Shown here: positions 22,171 to 32,132 of the stretch, in pieces
Position numbering within the stretch: the first letter of the stretch is position 1
How the letters are laid out: each line of letters begins with the position of its first letter
NCBI GenBank assembly: GCA_964631685.1
Contig: CAZVZU010000006.1
Coordinates: forward strand, 64,419 to 128,418
Length of the DNA: 64,000 nt
Direction: 5' to 3'
Source of the DNA: an uncultured Actinomycetes bacterium
Lineage (GTDB): Bacteria; SZUA-79; Acidulodesulfobacterales; Acidulodesulfobacteraceae
Program-made: the position numbers and the translations under genes
The notes under the pieces: generated by a model
Database searches by the model: none
What the model saw: the letters and a program-made list of their open reading frames with translations, nothing else
Told to the model about the DNA's origin: nothing

Positions 22171-22974
22171 TTAGATTACATATACCGAAATAGACGATTT
22201 ATTTGCTTTCCTAATAAACTCTTCTTTGTGCAAGACAATCGTGTTGGCTTCAAATGCCAAACAAGTGGCACCAACTGATATAAGCGCATCTACTGTACTG
22301 CCACCGACCGCCGGAACATCAAATCTTAAATCTTGGTTGGGTTTATTTACCTTTACAACGACAGCCCCGCCATTAGCAAGCCTACCACCTCTAACAATAG
22401 CATCATCTGTTCCCTCTATCGCTTCCAATGCCATAACAGACTTATCCTTCACTACTGCAGTTTGTCCGATATCTGCAGAAGAAATCAACCTTGCAGCACA
22501 TAGCCCAAACTCTATATCTTCCATCTCTTTTTTATTAGGACTTCGCTTAGACACAACACCTTTGGGCAAAAAAATAGACGTGAGAAGCTCTGTTTGTGGA
22601 ATAACAACTATGCCCTCCTTCTCAAAAAAGTCGCAAATTGCATTCAAAATGGTGTCATCTTTTTTATCCTTAAGCGACAAAAGAAGCGCGATAGCCTTTA
22701 AATCTGGTTTTATTTTTTTGAACATAAGGGTTTTTTTGACCTTGCCCGCCATAATTACATCCCTTACGCCTTCCGTTTTAAAAAATTTTACCAGCTTCCC
22801 CAACTGTCCGACACTTAAATAAATAATGGAATCCGCTTCGTCTGCTAACTTCTTATTTGCTTCTTCTTCTATTGCGCAAACCTTTACGGAATACCCCTTA
22901 GATTTAAGTTCATTGATGTATATAGAAGGAAATTCTCCATAACCTGCAATTATTCCAATATTTTTATCTTCCAT
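22171..22974 (-). CDS. lpxI: UDP-2,3-diacylglucosamine diphosphatase LpxI
   Basis: IGIIAGYGEFP, DIGQ, EAIEGTD, QDLRFDVPAVG. Confidence 0.93.
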   Translation of the reverse strand: MEDKNIGIIAGYGEFPSIYINELKSKGYSVKVCAIEEEANKKLADEADSIIYLSVGQLGKLVKFFKTEGVRDVIMAGKVKKTLMFKKIKPDLKAIALLLSLKDKKDDTILNAICDFFEKEGIVVIPQTELLTSIFLPKGVVSKRSPNKKEMEDIEFGLCAARLISSADIGQTAVVKDKSVMALEAIEGTDDAIVRGGRLANGGAVVVKVNKPNQDLRFDVPAVGGSTVDALISVGATCLAFEANTIVLHKEEFIRKANKSSISVYVI

Positions 22975-22983
22975 AAATTAATG

Positions 22984-23754
22984 CTATCTCGTTATGCCCC
23001 TCTTAGATTTTTTGATAAAATCAGTGAACTTCTCTGTTTTATCCGAATCGGTAATCTCTGAAGAGATTTTTTCAATGGCTATCTTGGCGGTCACTTTCGA
23101 CCTATAAACTATCTTGAAGGCATTTTTAATATTGTTTATTTCTTTTTTAGAAAAACCTCTCCTCTCTAAACCAATCCTGTTAACCCCATATATCTTCGCC
23201 CTGTCTCCCGAGGCGATAAGATAGGGAGGTACATCCTGAACAACCATTGAACCGCCGGCAATTAATGCAGACTCACCTACCCTCACAAACTGATGAATAG
23301 CACAAATGCCTCCCAGTAAAGCATAATCGTGGATCTCGATGTGTCCTGCCAACGTCGCATTATTCGCAAAAATGGTATGACTGCCTATAATGCAATCATG
23401 TGCCACATGAACATGCATCATAAATAAGTTATAATCGCCTACAGCCGTAACCCCGCCACCGGTAACCGTACCTATGTTAAATGTAGCATATTCTCGTATA
23501 GTATTATTATTTCCTATAACAAGTTTTGTATTTTCTCCCTTATATTTAAGATCTTGCGGGATAGAACCTATTGAAGCAAATTGAAATATTTTATTATTAT
23601 CCCCAATGGTCGTATTTCCTTCAATCACGACATGGGAAGCAATTTTATTGTTTCTTCCTATCTTCACATTAGGTTTAATAACAGTATACGGTCCTATATC
23701 CGTTGAATCATCAATCTGGGCACCTTCATAAATAATAGCAGTTTTGTCAATCAT
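22984..23754 (-). CDS. lpxA: Acyl-ACP-UDP-N-acetylglucosamine O-acyltransferase
   Basis: Hexapeptide repeats, PQDLKYKGE, HVAHDC, LAGH, HQFVRVG. Confidence 0.97.
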   Translation of the reverse strand: MIDKTAIIYEGAQIDDSTDIGPYTVIKPNVKIGRNNKIASHVVIEGNTTIGDNNKIFQFASIGSIPQDLKYKGENTKLVIGNNNTIREYATFNIGTVTGGGVTAVGDYNLFMMHVHVAHDCIIGSHTIFANNATLAGHIEIHDYALLGGICAIHQFVRVGESALIAGGSMVVQDVPPYLIASGDRAKIYGVNRIGLERRGFSKKEINNIKNAFKIVYRSKVTAKIAIEKISSEITDSDKTEKFTDFIKKSKRGITR

Positions 23755-23779
23755 AAATCCCTTTATCCCTTGAATGCAA

Positions 23780-24247
23780 TTACGGTTTTATAAAAGAAGC
23801 CATAAGATCTGCTTCGGCACATAGTTTCTCATCAACTAACGCTTTACCATGAAACACCCAAACAGACTGCTTTCTTTTAACAAGTTCCACATTTAAAACG
23901 ATTACACTTCCGGGCAAGATAGGCTTCCTAAATCTTGCTTTATCAATACCCATAAAATAAGTCAGCATATTTTTGAGGTCGCTATCCTCTTCAGTTTTAT
24001 ATGCAAGAATCCCTCCTGCCTGAGCTAACGCTTCCAAAATAAGCACTCCAGGCATAACCGGATAGGACGGAAAGTGCCCCTGAAAAAATGGCTCATTAAT
24101 TGTGGTGTTTTTAATCGCGACAATAGATTTCCCCTTTTCTATAGCTATAACCTTATCTACCATAAGAAAAGGAAACCTGTGAGGCAGAAGATTCAATATC
24201 TCTTGTATATCCATAACGGTTAAATTTGAAGACTTTTCATCAATCAT
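23780..24247 (-). CDS. fabZ: 3-hydroxyacyl-ACP dehydratase
   Basis: LPHRFPFLMVD, FQGHFP..PVMPGVLILEALAQ. Confidence 0.97.
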   Translation of the reverse strand: MIDEKSSNLTVMDIQEILNLLPHRFPFLMVDKVIAIEKGKSIVAIKNTTINEPFFQGHFPSYPVMPGVLILEALAQAGGILAYKTEEDSDLKNMLTYFMGIDKARFRKPILPGSVIVLNVELVKRKQSVWVFHGKALVDEKLCAEADLMASFIKP

Positions 24248-25289
24248 TTTTAAATCCTCTATTTTTTTCGATATCCCTTATTCTTTTAAAAAGCTCGGGA
24301 AGTTTTTTAAATAATACAACGGAACTACGCCAATTTTTAATAGGAATAGCGGGTGTGCCAGATACAATATCATTATTCCTTACGTTATTGACCACACCGG
24401 ATTGCGCAGCAACCACAACACCATTGCCGATCTTAATGTGCCCCGTTATGCCGACCTGTCCTCCTATCGTCACATTATCACCTATAGTTGTGCTACCTGC
24501 AATGCCCGTTTGCGCTGCAATAACGCAGTTGTCACCGATAATCACATTATGTGCAATCTGCACTAAATTATCCACCTTGGTACCCTTGCCTATTTTGGTA
24601 AAATCCGTAACGCCTCTATCCACTGCAACATTGGCCCCCAATTCCACATCGTCTTCCAAGACAGCATAACCTGAATGAATAATTTTTACGTATTTATTCT
24701 TATCTCTGGCGTAACCAAATCCATCGCTCCCAACAACTGAGCCGGAGTGGATTATACAATTGTTTCCTATTTTAGAATTATCATAAACAGAAACATTAGG
24801 GTAAATCACGACATTATCCCCAATAGAAACATTTTTACCAACAAAAACATTTCCCATTACATTACAATTTGCCCCCAGAGATGATCCGGCATCTATAAAA
24901 ACACCCGGATACAACGTGGATCCCTTACCTACTGATACAGTTTTATCTACATTTGCGAGATTTAAAAAATCGCCTGAGAACGTTTTGGTTGAACGATTCC
25001 CCGAATAAAACAGTTGCGTTGCCCTTGCAAATGCTAAATATGGATTTTTTGAATTAAGTATAAGAGGATTTACAACCGAGGGGAGCTCTTGTTTTAAAGC
25101 CTCGTAATCCATAATCACTGCGCAAGCCCGCGTTGTTTCGATGTATTTAAGATACTTTAGATTCATAATAAACGAAATCTCAGTATCCTTGGCCCCTCTT
25201 AGCGATCCTATGCCCGTTACGGTTACATCTTTAGACGAATCGCCGATAACCCCTAATGACAGCTTTTTAACTATATCGTTCAATAGCAT
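24240..25289 (-). CDS. lpxD: UDP-3-O-(3-hydroxyacyl)glucosamine N-acyltransferase
   Basis: NPYLAFA, GSDGFGY, KVDNLVQIAHN. Confidence 0.96.
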   Translation of the reverse strand: MLLNDIVKKLSLGVIGDSSKDVTVTGIGSLRGAKDTEISFIMNLKYLKYIETTRACAVIMDYEALKQELPSVVNPLILNSKNPYLAFARATQLFYSGNRSTKTFSGDFLNLANVDKTVSVGKGSTLYPGVFIDAGSSLGANCNVMGNVFVGKNVSIGDNVVIYPNVSVYDNSKIGNNCIIHSGSVVGSDGFGYARDKNKYVKIIHSGYAVLEDDVELGANVAVDRGVTDFTKIGKGTKVDNLVQIAHNVIIGDNCVIAAQTGIAGSTTIGDNVTIGGQVGITGHIKIGNGVVVAAQSGVVNNVRNNDIVSGTPAIPIKNWRSSVVLFKKLPELFKRIRDIEKNRGFKND

Positions 25290-25305
25290 AGTTATTTAAA
25301 TTTAT

Positions 25306-25833
25306 TTATTGCGAGTCCATTTTCTTTAGCACTTCATTAGTGATATTGATTGAGTCCACGCTGTAAACAACGCTTGTGCGATTGATGACAAGCAGATATC
25401 CGCTATTCTTTGCTATTTTTGCTATAATTGCATCTGCCCTATTAACTACAGCCTTTAAAAGCTGATATCTCTTTTTAATAACTGCGGCCCTGATATCTTT
25501 TTCCTCTGTCGTAAATTGCGATATATCAGTTTCGAATTCTTTTGTCTTTGCTGTTTTTTCCGTAGCAGACATTACAGAACTGTTTTGCTTCAAATCTGTT
25601 TGAATCGACGCAATTTTCTTCCTCATTTTCATTAGCTTACCTCTGTACCCTGTAACTAAATCCTTTAACTTGGAATTAGCCTTCTCGCCTTGTTTAGACT
25701 TTGATATAATAGTTTGCATATTAATTACGGCAACCTTTAGATTTGTTGCCCGCACATTCTTTGGAAAGACTAGAACTACGGCGAGCAAGAACAATCCAAC
25801 CGTGAAGCTCGAATTAAAAATCAATTTTTTCAT
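25306..25833 (-). CDS. skp: OmpH/Skp periplasmic chaperone
   Basis: Signal peptide, KVAVINMQTI, coiled coil, INITNEV; between bamA and lpxD. Confidence 0.88.
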   Translation of the reverse strand: MKKLIFNSSFTVGLFLLAVVLVFPKNVRATNLKVAVINMQTIISKSKQGEKANSKLKDLVTGYRGKLMKMRKKIASIQTDLKQNSSVMSATEKTAKTKEFETDISQFTTEEKDIRAAVIKKRYQLLKAVVNRADAIIAKIAKNSGYLLVINRTSVVYSVDSINITNEVLKKMDSQ

Positions 25834-25864
25834 AAAATCTCCTTATTTTTTTATTTTTTTATTA

Positions 25865-28612
25865 CTAAATACCCGGGAATCCCTCACCCAGGCTAAACTG
25901 AATTCTGGTAGGATTATTTCCGTTTTTGGGCGTTCCTAGTATTTTGCCGTAAGTCATTATTATTGGACCAAATGGTGAATACCAGTTAAAGCCCACCCCC
26001 GCCGCCTGAACAAGATTAAGCGGGAATACAGATTCGCCGTGTTGCCACGCATTACCGGCATTCCACCACAAGAATCCGTATAAACCAGCCCTTTTAAGGA
26101 TGGGTACTAAATATTTTATCTGAACCGTAAGCATCTTAGACCCACCGACAAGTAAGCCGTTTTGCGTTGGACCCACAGAATCGTACATAAACCCTAAAAG
26201 AGGATACACATTCGTAATACCCCCAACGAAAAATCTTTTGTATATAGGTAATGCAGAAGAAGACCTAGTTGAGACAATATAACCCATCTGAGCCCCTTGC
26301 ATTAAAGATGTTCCTCCCCATAAAGGAATATAATGATTCAAGTGCAATAAAACCTTAACAAAATCGTCATTACCGCCTATAGGATGACCGGCAAAGCTGA
26401 CTTTAAAACTATCCAGATCGCCTGCGGTCGGAGCCATAGAATTATTCAGCGTATTATAAACCGTTGTCAAGGAAATTTCGCTTGTTATCATCGTTCCCTG
26501 AGACAGAATATTGGAAAGACCCGGTATTACAACAGACGTGTTTTCATCCAAAAGATACTTGACATATTCCGTAAGCATCCTTCCGTAAAGCGGATAGCCC
26601 AATGTTACGGAACCGCCGACGGAACGATAGGCAAACTCAGAATAAAGGCTATTAAACGTGTCATATAAAGACATATCAAATGATAATGGCCTATTAAAAA
26701 TATACGCAAGATATGGTTGACGGACATTAAAGCTGTACGACTGATAAGGACCGCCGATTTGAATATTTAAAGAGGCGGATATGCCCATTCCGAATAAATT
26801 TGCCTCGGATACGGATGATATTGCCATGAAAGAAGTAGCAGAGCTATAACCACCGCCAATAGTAAACTTACCGGTATTCCCCTCTTTAACACCAATCCTT
26901 ACATTAAGTATATTTTTATTTGGAACCTTTTCCGTAGTAATGGTTACATGTTTAAAATATCGCAGGCTTTTTAAAGCCTGTCGGGATAATTTTATCAGTT
27001 CGGGATTATATACCTCGCCGGGATACAGCCTGAGAGCTCTAAGTATCACATAACTGTACGTCATGGTATTTCCGGTTATAGTAATTTTACCAAATCTCGC
27101 AATCTTTCCTTTATCAACAGTCAGCTTAACCAACACGGAATTTGTCTTCCGGTTAATTTTTATTGCCGGCTCAACATTAACGAAAGCATACCCTCCGCTC
27201 GTATAAAGCTTGGTAATTGTAAGTATTTCTTTTTCTATATCTTTTCTATTGAATATGTCTCCCGCTTTTGTCGTTATAAGATTTTTAACAGCAACATATT
27301 CTTTTGATCCCTTTTTGACATGTTTTATTTCAAGATTAACATTTGATATTTTATATTGCGGGCCCTCAACAACCCTTATAACTATAGTGACATATTTCTT
27401 GTTTTTAGAAAAAATGAATACCGGTTTTTTAACGCTGACACCTATGTAGCCGTGATTATAATAAAAACTTAACAGCGCGATAATTTGATTATTCAGTTTC
27501 GCTTTCTTAAACTTTCCTTCACCCGTTATCCATGTTAACAAGCCAACCGTCTTTATGCTAAGCACGGATTTAAGTTTTGACGAAGTAAAAGAGCTATTGC
27601 CTTTAAATTCAATCTTTTTAACCATAACAGGCGAATTTTCACTGATAAGGAAACTAATGCCTACATAGTTACCATGAAAGATTGTCTTTTTTACCTTTAC
27701 CTTTGCATTATAATATCCTTCTGCCGAATATATAAATTCAATAATTTTCAGCGCCTTATGTATATCGTAAGAACTATAGGGCGAGTTAACCTTAAGATTT
27801 ATTATCCTTTTAATCTTCTTTAAACTCACGGATCCGTTGCCGGAATATTTAATGTATTTAATATACGGTCTCTCAGAAACCATAAATGTTACTATTAATC
27901 CTTTATTTGACATAGGACTAACATTAACCGTTATCTCCTTGAAATAACCCGTTTTATAAAGTTTTTTAAGGCTCTCGTCAATTTCTTTAACAGAGTATTT
28001 GCTGCCTCTTTTTATGGTAATTTTATTAGTTATAAACCCGATGCCAACCCTTACGTTGCCTTTTATTCTTATGGCGTATATTTCTCTTGAAACAGAAAGC
28101 GACTTTTTGATTGTATTTGCTCTTTGACCACCATAAATCAGCAGGGATACCTTTTTGGATAGAGCTCGTATGCTTTTCTCTAAAGACTTTTTGCCTACGC
28201 CCGTATATTTTAACGTTTTAGAGTTATAAACGTCATTAGCCTTAATCAACATTGCATGAATATTATAATGGGACCCAAATTTAGCAATACTGCCCGTTAC
28301 AATATAATTCGATTGATATGCTTTGCCGAGCTTTTTTATTTCGGCAAGATTCATATTTCTATCAAAATTAAAATACGGCTTTTTTTTGAGGCTTGTGTAT
28401 GCCAAAACAAAGTATGGCTTTTTAGAGTTGATATATGCCTCAAAAGCAGAGGTAAACGATTTGTTAATTTTTTCTAATGTGGGAATTCCTTTTTGATGGA
28501 AAAAACCGGCGTAAACATTTTTATTGCTTAATAAAGCATAAACATTTATGGAATTAAAAAAGATAATTACCGAAATAAAAAGGAAGAAAAGATACAGTTT
28601 GAAAAATTTCAT
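25865..28612 (-). CDS. bamA: Outer-membrane protein assembly factor BamA with an extra N-terminal domain
   Basis: POTRA repeats (GN...LYKTGYF, EGYYNAKV, GYAFVNV), barrel start GNTGKFTIGGGYS, C-terminal GVGFNWYSPFGPI. Confidence 0.93.
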   Translation of the reverse strand: MKFFKLYLFFLFISVIIFFNSINVYALLSNKNVYAGFFHQKGIPTLEKINKSFTSAFEAYINSKKPYFVLAYTSLKKKPYFNFDRNMNLAEIKKLGKAYQSNYIVTGSIAKFGSHYNIHAMLIKANDVYNSKTLKYTGVGKKSLEKSIRALSKKVSLLIYGGQRANTIKKSLSVSREIYAIRIKGNVRVGIGFITNKITIKRGSKYSVKEIDESLKKLYKTGYFKEITVNVSPMSNKGLIVTFMVSERPYIKYIKYSGNGSVSLKKIKRIINLKVNSPYSSYDIHKALKIIEFIYSAEGYYNAKVKVKKTIFHGNYVGISFLISENSPVMVKKIEFKGNSSFTSSKLKSVLSIKTVGLLTWITGEGKFKKAKLNNQIIALLSFYYNHGYIGVSVKKPVFIFSKNKKYVTIVIRVVEGPQYKISNVNLEIKHVKKGSKEYVAVKNLITTKAGDIFNRKDIEKEILTITKLYTSGGYAFVNVEPAIKINRKTNSVLVKLTVDKGKIARFGKITITGNTMTYSYVILRALRLYPGEVYNPELIKLSRQALKSLRYFKHVTITTEKVPNKNILNVRIGVKEGNTGKFTIGGGYSSATSFMAISSVSEANLFGMGISASLNIQIGGPYQSYSFNVRQPYLAYIFNRPLSFDMSLYDTFNSLYSEFAYRSVGGSVTLGYPLYGRMLTEYVKYLLDENTSVVIPGLSNILSQGTMITSEISLTTVYNTLNNSMAPTAGDLDSFKVSFAGHPIGGNDDFVKVLLHLNHYIPLWGGTSLMQGAQMGYIVSTRSSSALPIYKRFFVGGITNVYPLLGFMYDSVGPTQNGLLVGGSKMLTVQIKYLVPILKRAGLYGFLWWNAGNAWQHGESVFPLNLVQAAGVGFNWYSPFGPIIMTYGKILGTPKNGNNPTRIQFSLGEGFPGI

Positions 28613-28664
28613 TTTATTAACCTATCAAATAATAAATCATATGTCAATTTGTTTTATATCGAAC

Positions 28665-29357
28665 TTATACATGTTCTATCAAACCGCTCACTATTTTAAT
28701 TTTATGACTCATCATTCCGGAAAATTCGTCATCATGAGTAACGACAACCAGCGTTTTGTTGTATTTTTTATTTAGATTGATGATAATCTCATGCAACTTT
28801 CTCGCATGCAGAGGGTCTAAATTGCCCGTCGGCTCATCCATTAAAACAACCCTCGGAGAGCAAATAAGCGCCCTTGCTATTGCCGCCCTTTGTTGTTCGC
28901 CACCCGAAAGCATATAGGGCTTAAAATTCAACCTATGTTCAAGCCCAAGTTCGCACAGATAATCACGCGCAATTTTGAGAGATTCCGCCTTCGGATTATT
29001 TCTTATATATAATGGCATGGCAACATTCTCTATACAACTAAATTCATTTAAGAGGTAATGAAACTGAAAAACAAAACCTATATTTTCATTGCGAAATTTT
29101 GAAAGCCTTGCATCCGTGAGTCCATATATGTCCGGATTAGCAAAATATCCTATGCTTCCTGAATCTGGCCTTAAAATGGTCCCCATGATATGAAGCAGGG
29201 TACTTTTCCCAGTCCCGGACTCACCAGTTATCGCAAAGGCCTCCCCCTCTTTTATTTCCAGATCAGCTTCATTTAGGATATTAACGGTTTCACCGCCTGT
29301 TTTGTATACCTTGCTTACATTTTTTAAATTTATAATTGTTTTACAATCTTTATTCAT
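28665..29357 (-). CDS. lolD: Lipoprotein-releasing ABC transporter ATP-binding protein
   Basis: GESGTGKST, GFVFQFHYLL, LSGGEQQR, DEPTGNLD. Confidence 0.92.
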   Translation of the reverse strand: MNKDCKTIINLKNVSKVYKTGGETVNILNEADLEIKEGEAFAITGESGTGKSTLLHIMGTILRPDSGSIGYFANPDIYGLTDARLSKFRNENIGFVFQFHYLLNEFSCIENVAMPLYIRNNPKAESLKIARDYLCELGLEHRLNFKPYMLSGGEQQRAAIARALICSPRVVLMDEPTGNLDPLHARKLHEIIINLNKKYNKTLVVVTHDDEFSGMMSHKIKIVSGLIEHV

Positions 29358-30588
29358 GCCTTACGCCCTCTGCGGGATCTATTTTACTCGCTTTATAAGA
29401 CGGATATAACGTTGCTATAAAACTTAAAAAAAGAGCGCTCACACCTATCACGACAAACTCGCCCGGGGTCATCCTTACGGGAAGCGACGTTATATAATAC
29501 ACGGAAGGTGGCAAGCTTATTATATGGTAAGTTTTTTCAAGATATCCTATTAAGAATCCAGCTAGAAGCCCTAGTGATGTTCCTATAACGCCTATTATTA
29601 TGCCCTGCATTATAAAAATAATCATTATATCTTTTGAACTCGCTCCTATAGATTTTAATATCGCAATATCTTTTCTTTTTTCCATGACGATCATTATTAG
29701 TGTTGAAATAATATTGAATGCTGCCACCAATACTATCAAGGAAAGAATAATGAACATAGTGAGTTTTTCTAGCCGTATGGCAGAAAAAAGATTTTTGTTA
29801 AGCTCTTCCCAGCTTAATGCATAAAAAGATGCCTGCCCCTTTTTATTTAAGATCTTATCTATTTTCTTCGCGTATAAACTCGCCGAACTTATCTTATTGA
29901 GCCTGACCTCTATCCCTGTAGCCACATTAGGGGTTAAACCAAGGAATGACTGCGCTTTTTTTATTGAAATAAAAGAGAATGTGGAGTCATAGTTATACAT
30001 CCCGCTGTCTATGATTCCGGAAACAACAAATGTTTCAACCTTAGGCATAACACCAAACGGGGTAATTTGTCCTTCCGGAGACATTATGCGTATCCTATCC
30101 CCCACTGATACGCCAAGATTTTGCGCTAAAACCTTTCCAAGTGCTATGCCATTATATTTTTCGTTATTGAGTCCGCTTAAATTTCCCTTAATTAAATATT
30201 TTTTTAAATCAGTCACCTTTTCTTCGGTTTTAACGTCTATGCCTCTTAAAACACTGCCCGTCGAAGTATTCGCGGAAGAAAGCATAACATCTGTATAGAT
30301 AAAGGGCGAAGTGCTCTTAACCCCCTTTATAGCCGAAATATCCTTAGTCACGCGATTATAATCTTTGATAGAACCGCCGTAGTTTAAGACAATAATTTGA
30401 GATTCTATTCCGATAACCTTCGCTTCAAGGGCATGGTCAAATCCGCTCATTACCGATATAACAACAATTAAGGCCATTACACCTATAGCTATGCCCAATA
30501 TAGATATAGAGCTAAGTAGGGATATAAACGAATTGTTTTTCGGTTTCAAGTAATGAATAGCAATATTTGTGTGAAAATTCATATGCAC
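29350..30588 (-). CDS. lolE: Lipoprotein-releasing ABC transporter permease (LolC/E/F)
   Basis: GIAIGVMALIVVISVMSGF, LVAAFNIISTL, EKRKDIAIL, TLYPSYKA. Confidence 0.9.
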   Translation of the reverse strand: MHMNFHTNIAIHYLKPKNNSFISLLSSISILGIAIGVMALIVVISVMSGFDHALEAKVIGIESQIIVLNYGGSIKDYNRVTKDISAIKGVKSTSPFIYTDVMLSSANTSTGSVLRGIDVKTEEKVTDLKKYLIKGNLSGLNNEKYNGIALGKVLAQNLGVSVGDRIRIMSPEGQITPFGVMPKVETFVVSGIIDSGMYNYDSTFSFISIKKAQSFLGLTPNVATGIEVRLNKISSASLYAKKIDKILNKKGQASFYALSWEELNKNLFSAIRLEKLTMFIILSLIVLVAAFNIISTLIMIVMEKRKDIAILKSIGASSKDIMIIFIMQGIIIGVIGTSLGLLAGFLIGYLEKTYHIISLPPSVYYITSLPVRMTPGEFVVIGVSALFLSFIATLYPSYKASKIDPAEGVRHE

Positions 30589-30592
30589 ATTT

Positions 30593-32089
30593 TTATTTGT
30601 TCACTGGTTTAAGCAACGGAAACAGTATAACGTCCCTAATGGAATATGAATTTGTTAGTAGCATAACAATTCTATCTATACCTAAGCCGCATCCGGCGGT
30701 GGGTGGGAGCCCTTGCTTAAGGGCATCAATGTAATCGTCATCCATTTCAGCGGGAAGTCCTTCTTTAATCTTTGTATCCACCTGCGCCCTAAACCTTTCC
30801 TCTTGGTCAAATGGATCGTTGAGCTCAGAAAAAGCATTCCCTATTTCTCTTCCTGCTATAAAAAGCTCAAACCTATCCGTAACTGTTGGATTTTCGTCAT
30901 TCCTCCTAGCTAAGGGTGAACTTTCAACCGGATAATCCGTAACAAAAGTCGGATGTATGAGCTTTTGTTCCACCGTTTCGTCAAACAGGAGGGTTAATAA
31001 CTCCCCATAGCTATCATCTTTGCTGATATTAGAAACATTTTTCCCAATTAAAATATCGTAAATTTTCGAGACGGAGTCTATATCTTTAGGGTTAAATCCT
31101 GCAATTTCATACAAGCTGTCTTTTAATTTGATTCTTTTAAACGGGGGATTAAAGTCTAATTTTTCTGAGGCATAATCAATCTGGGAAGACCCGCAAATAT
31201 AAACTACTAACTCCGAAAGCATTTTCTCTACAAAACTCATCAAATCTTCATACGTTGCATACGCCATATAAAATTCCAACATTGTAAACTCAGGATTATG
31301 CTTTACAGAAACACCCTCGTTTCTAAAATTTCTTCCAATTTCATAAACCCTATCAAAACCACCGACAACCAATCTTTTTAAATATAGTTCAGGGGCAATC
31401 CGCATGTAAAGCTCCATATTAAGAGCATTATGATGAGTCTTGAAAGGCCTTGCCGTTGCGCCACCCGGGTTGGCCTGCATTACCGGAGTTTCCACCTCTA
31501 AAAATTTGTTGGAATTCAGAAATGTTCTTATGAAACTGATTGCATTGGCTCTTTTTTTAAATATTTCTCGCGCCTCGCTATTTGCAATGAGATCGATATA
31601 TCTCTTTCTAAAACGAATCTCAATATCCTTGAGCCCATGCCACTTTTCCGGCAGGGGCAAAACAGATTTAGTCAATATCCCTATGTGCTCAACTTTTATC
31701 GTCAATTCATCTGTTCTTGTCCTAAAAAGATGCCCCTCTATGCGACAAATATCCCCAGCATCAATAAGCTCGCTAAAAAGTTCAAATTCATCACTTGTCA
31801 CAACGCCCTTTTGAATATAGCATTGAATCTCAGCAAAACCGTCCCTAATCCTAAAAAATGATGCCTTGCCGAAATTCCTTATAATAACAATTCTGCCCGC
31901 TGTCTTTATGTTGATTGTATTGTTTTCAAAAAACTCTTTGTCATGACGAGCGTAATTGAGGGTGATATCCTCAATATTTTCCTTCTTTATAAAATTATTA
32001 TCAAAGGGATTTATTCCCTTCTCCCTTAACCTTTGCAACTTTAAAATACGTCCTTTTTCGACAATATTAATATCCCGATCCAAAACCAA
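30593..32089 (-). CDS. lysS: Lysine-tRNA ligase (class II)
   Basis: LPEKWHGL, GGATARPF, RIAPELYLKRL, RNFRNEG, HNPEF, GLGIDR. Confidence 0.98.
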   Translation of the reverse strand: MVLDRDINIVEKGRILKLQRLREKGINPFDNNFIKKENIEDITLNYARHDKEFFENNTINIKTAGRIVIIRNFGKASFFRIRDGFAEIQCYIQKGVVTSDEFELFSELIDAGDICRIEGHLFRTRTDELTIKVEHIGILTKSVLPLPEKWHGLKDIEIRFRKRYIDLIANSEAREIFKKRANAISFIRTFLNSNKFLEVETPVMQANPGGATARPFKTHHNALNMELYMRIAPELYLKRLVVGGFDRVYEIGRNFRNEGVSVKHNPEFTMLEFYMAYATYEDLMSFVEKMLSELVVYICGSSQIDYASEKLDFNPPFKRIKLKDSLYEIAGFNPKDIDSVSKIYDILIGKNVSNISKDDSYGELLTLLFDETVEQKLIHPTFVTDYPVESSPLARRNDENPTVTDRFELFIAGREIGNAFSELNDPFDQEERFRAQVDTKIKEGLPAEMDDDYIDALKQGLPPTAGCGLGIDRIVMLLTNSYSIRDVILFPLLKPVNK

Positions 32090-32132
32090 CCTCCGTATAT
32101 ATTCTTAAATCTGCGCTATTTTTGAAGCACGA

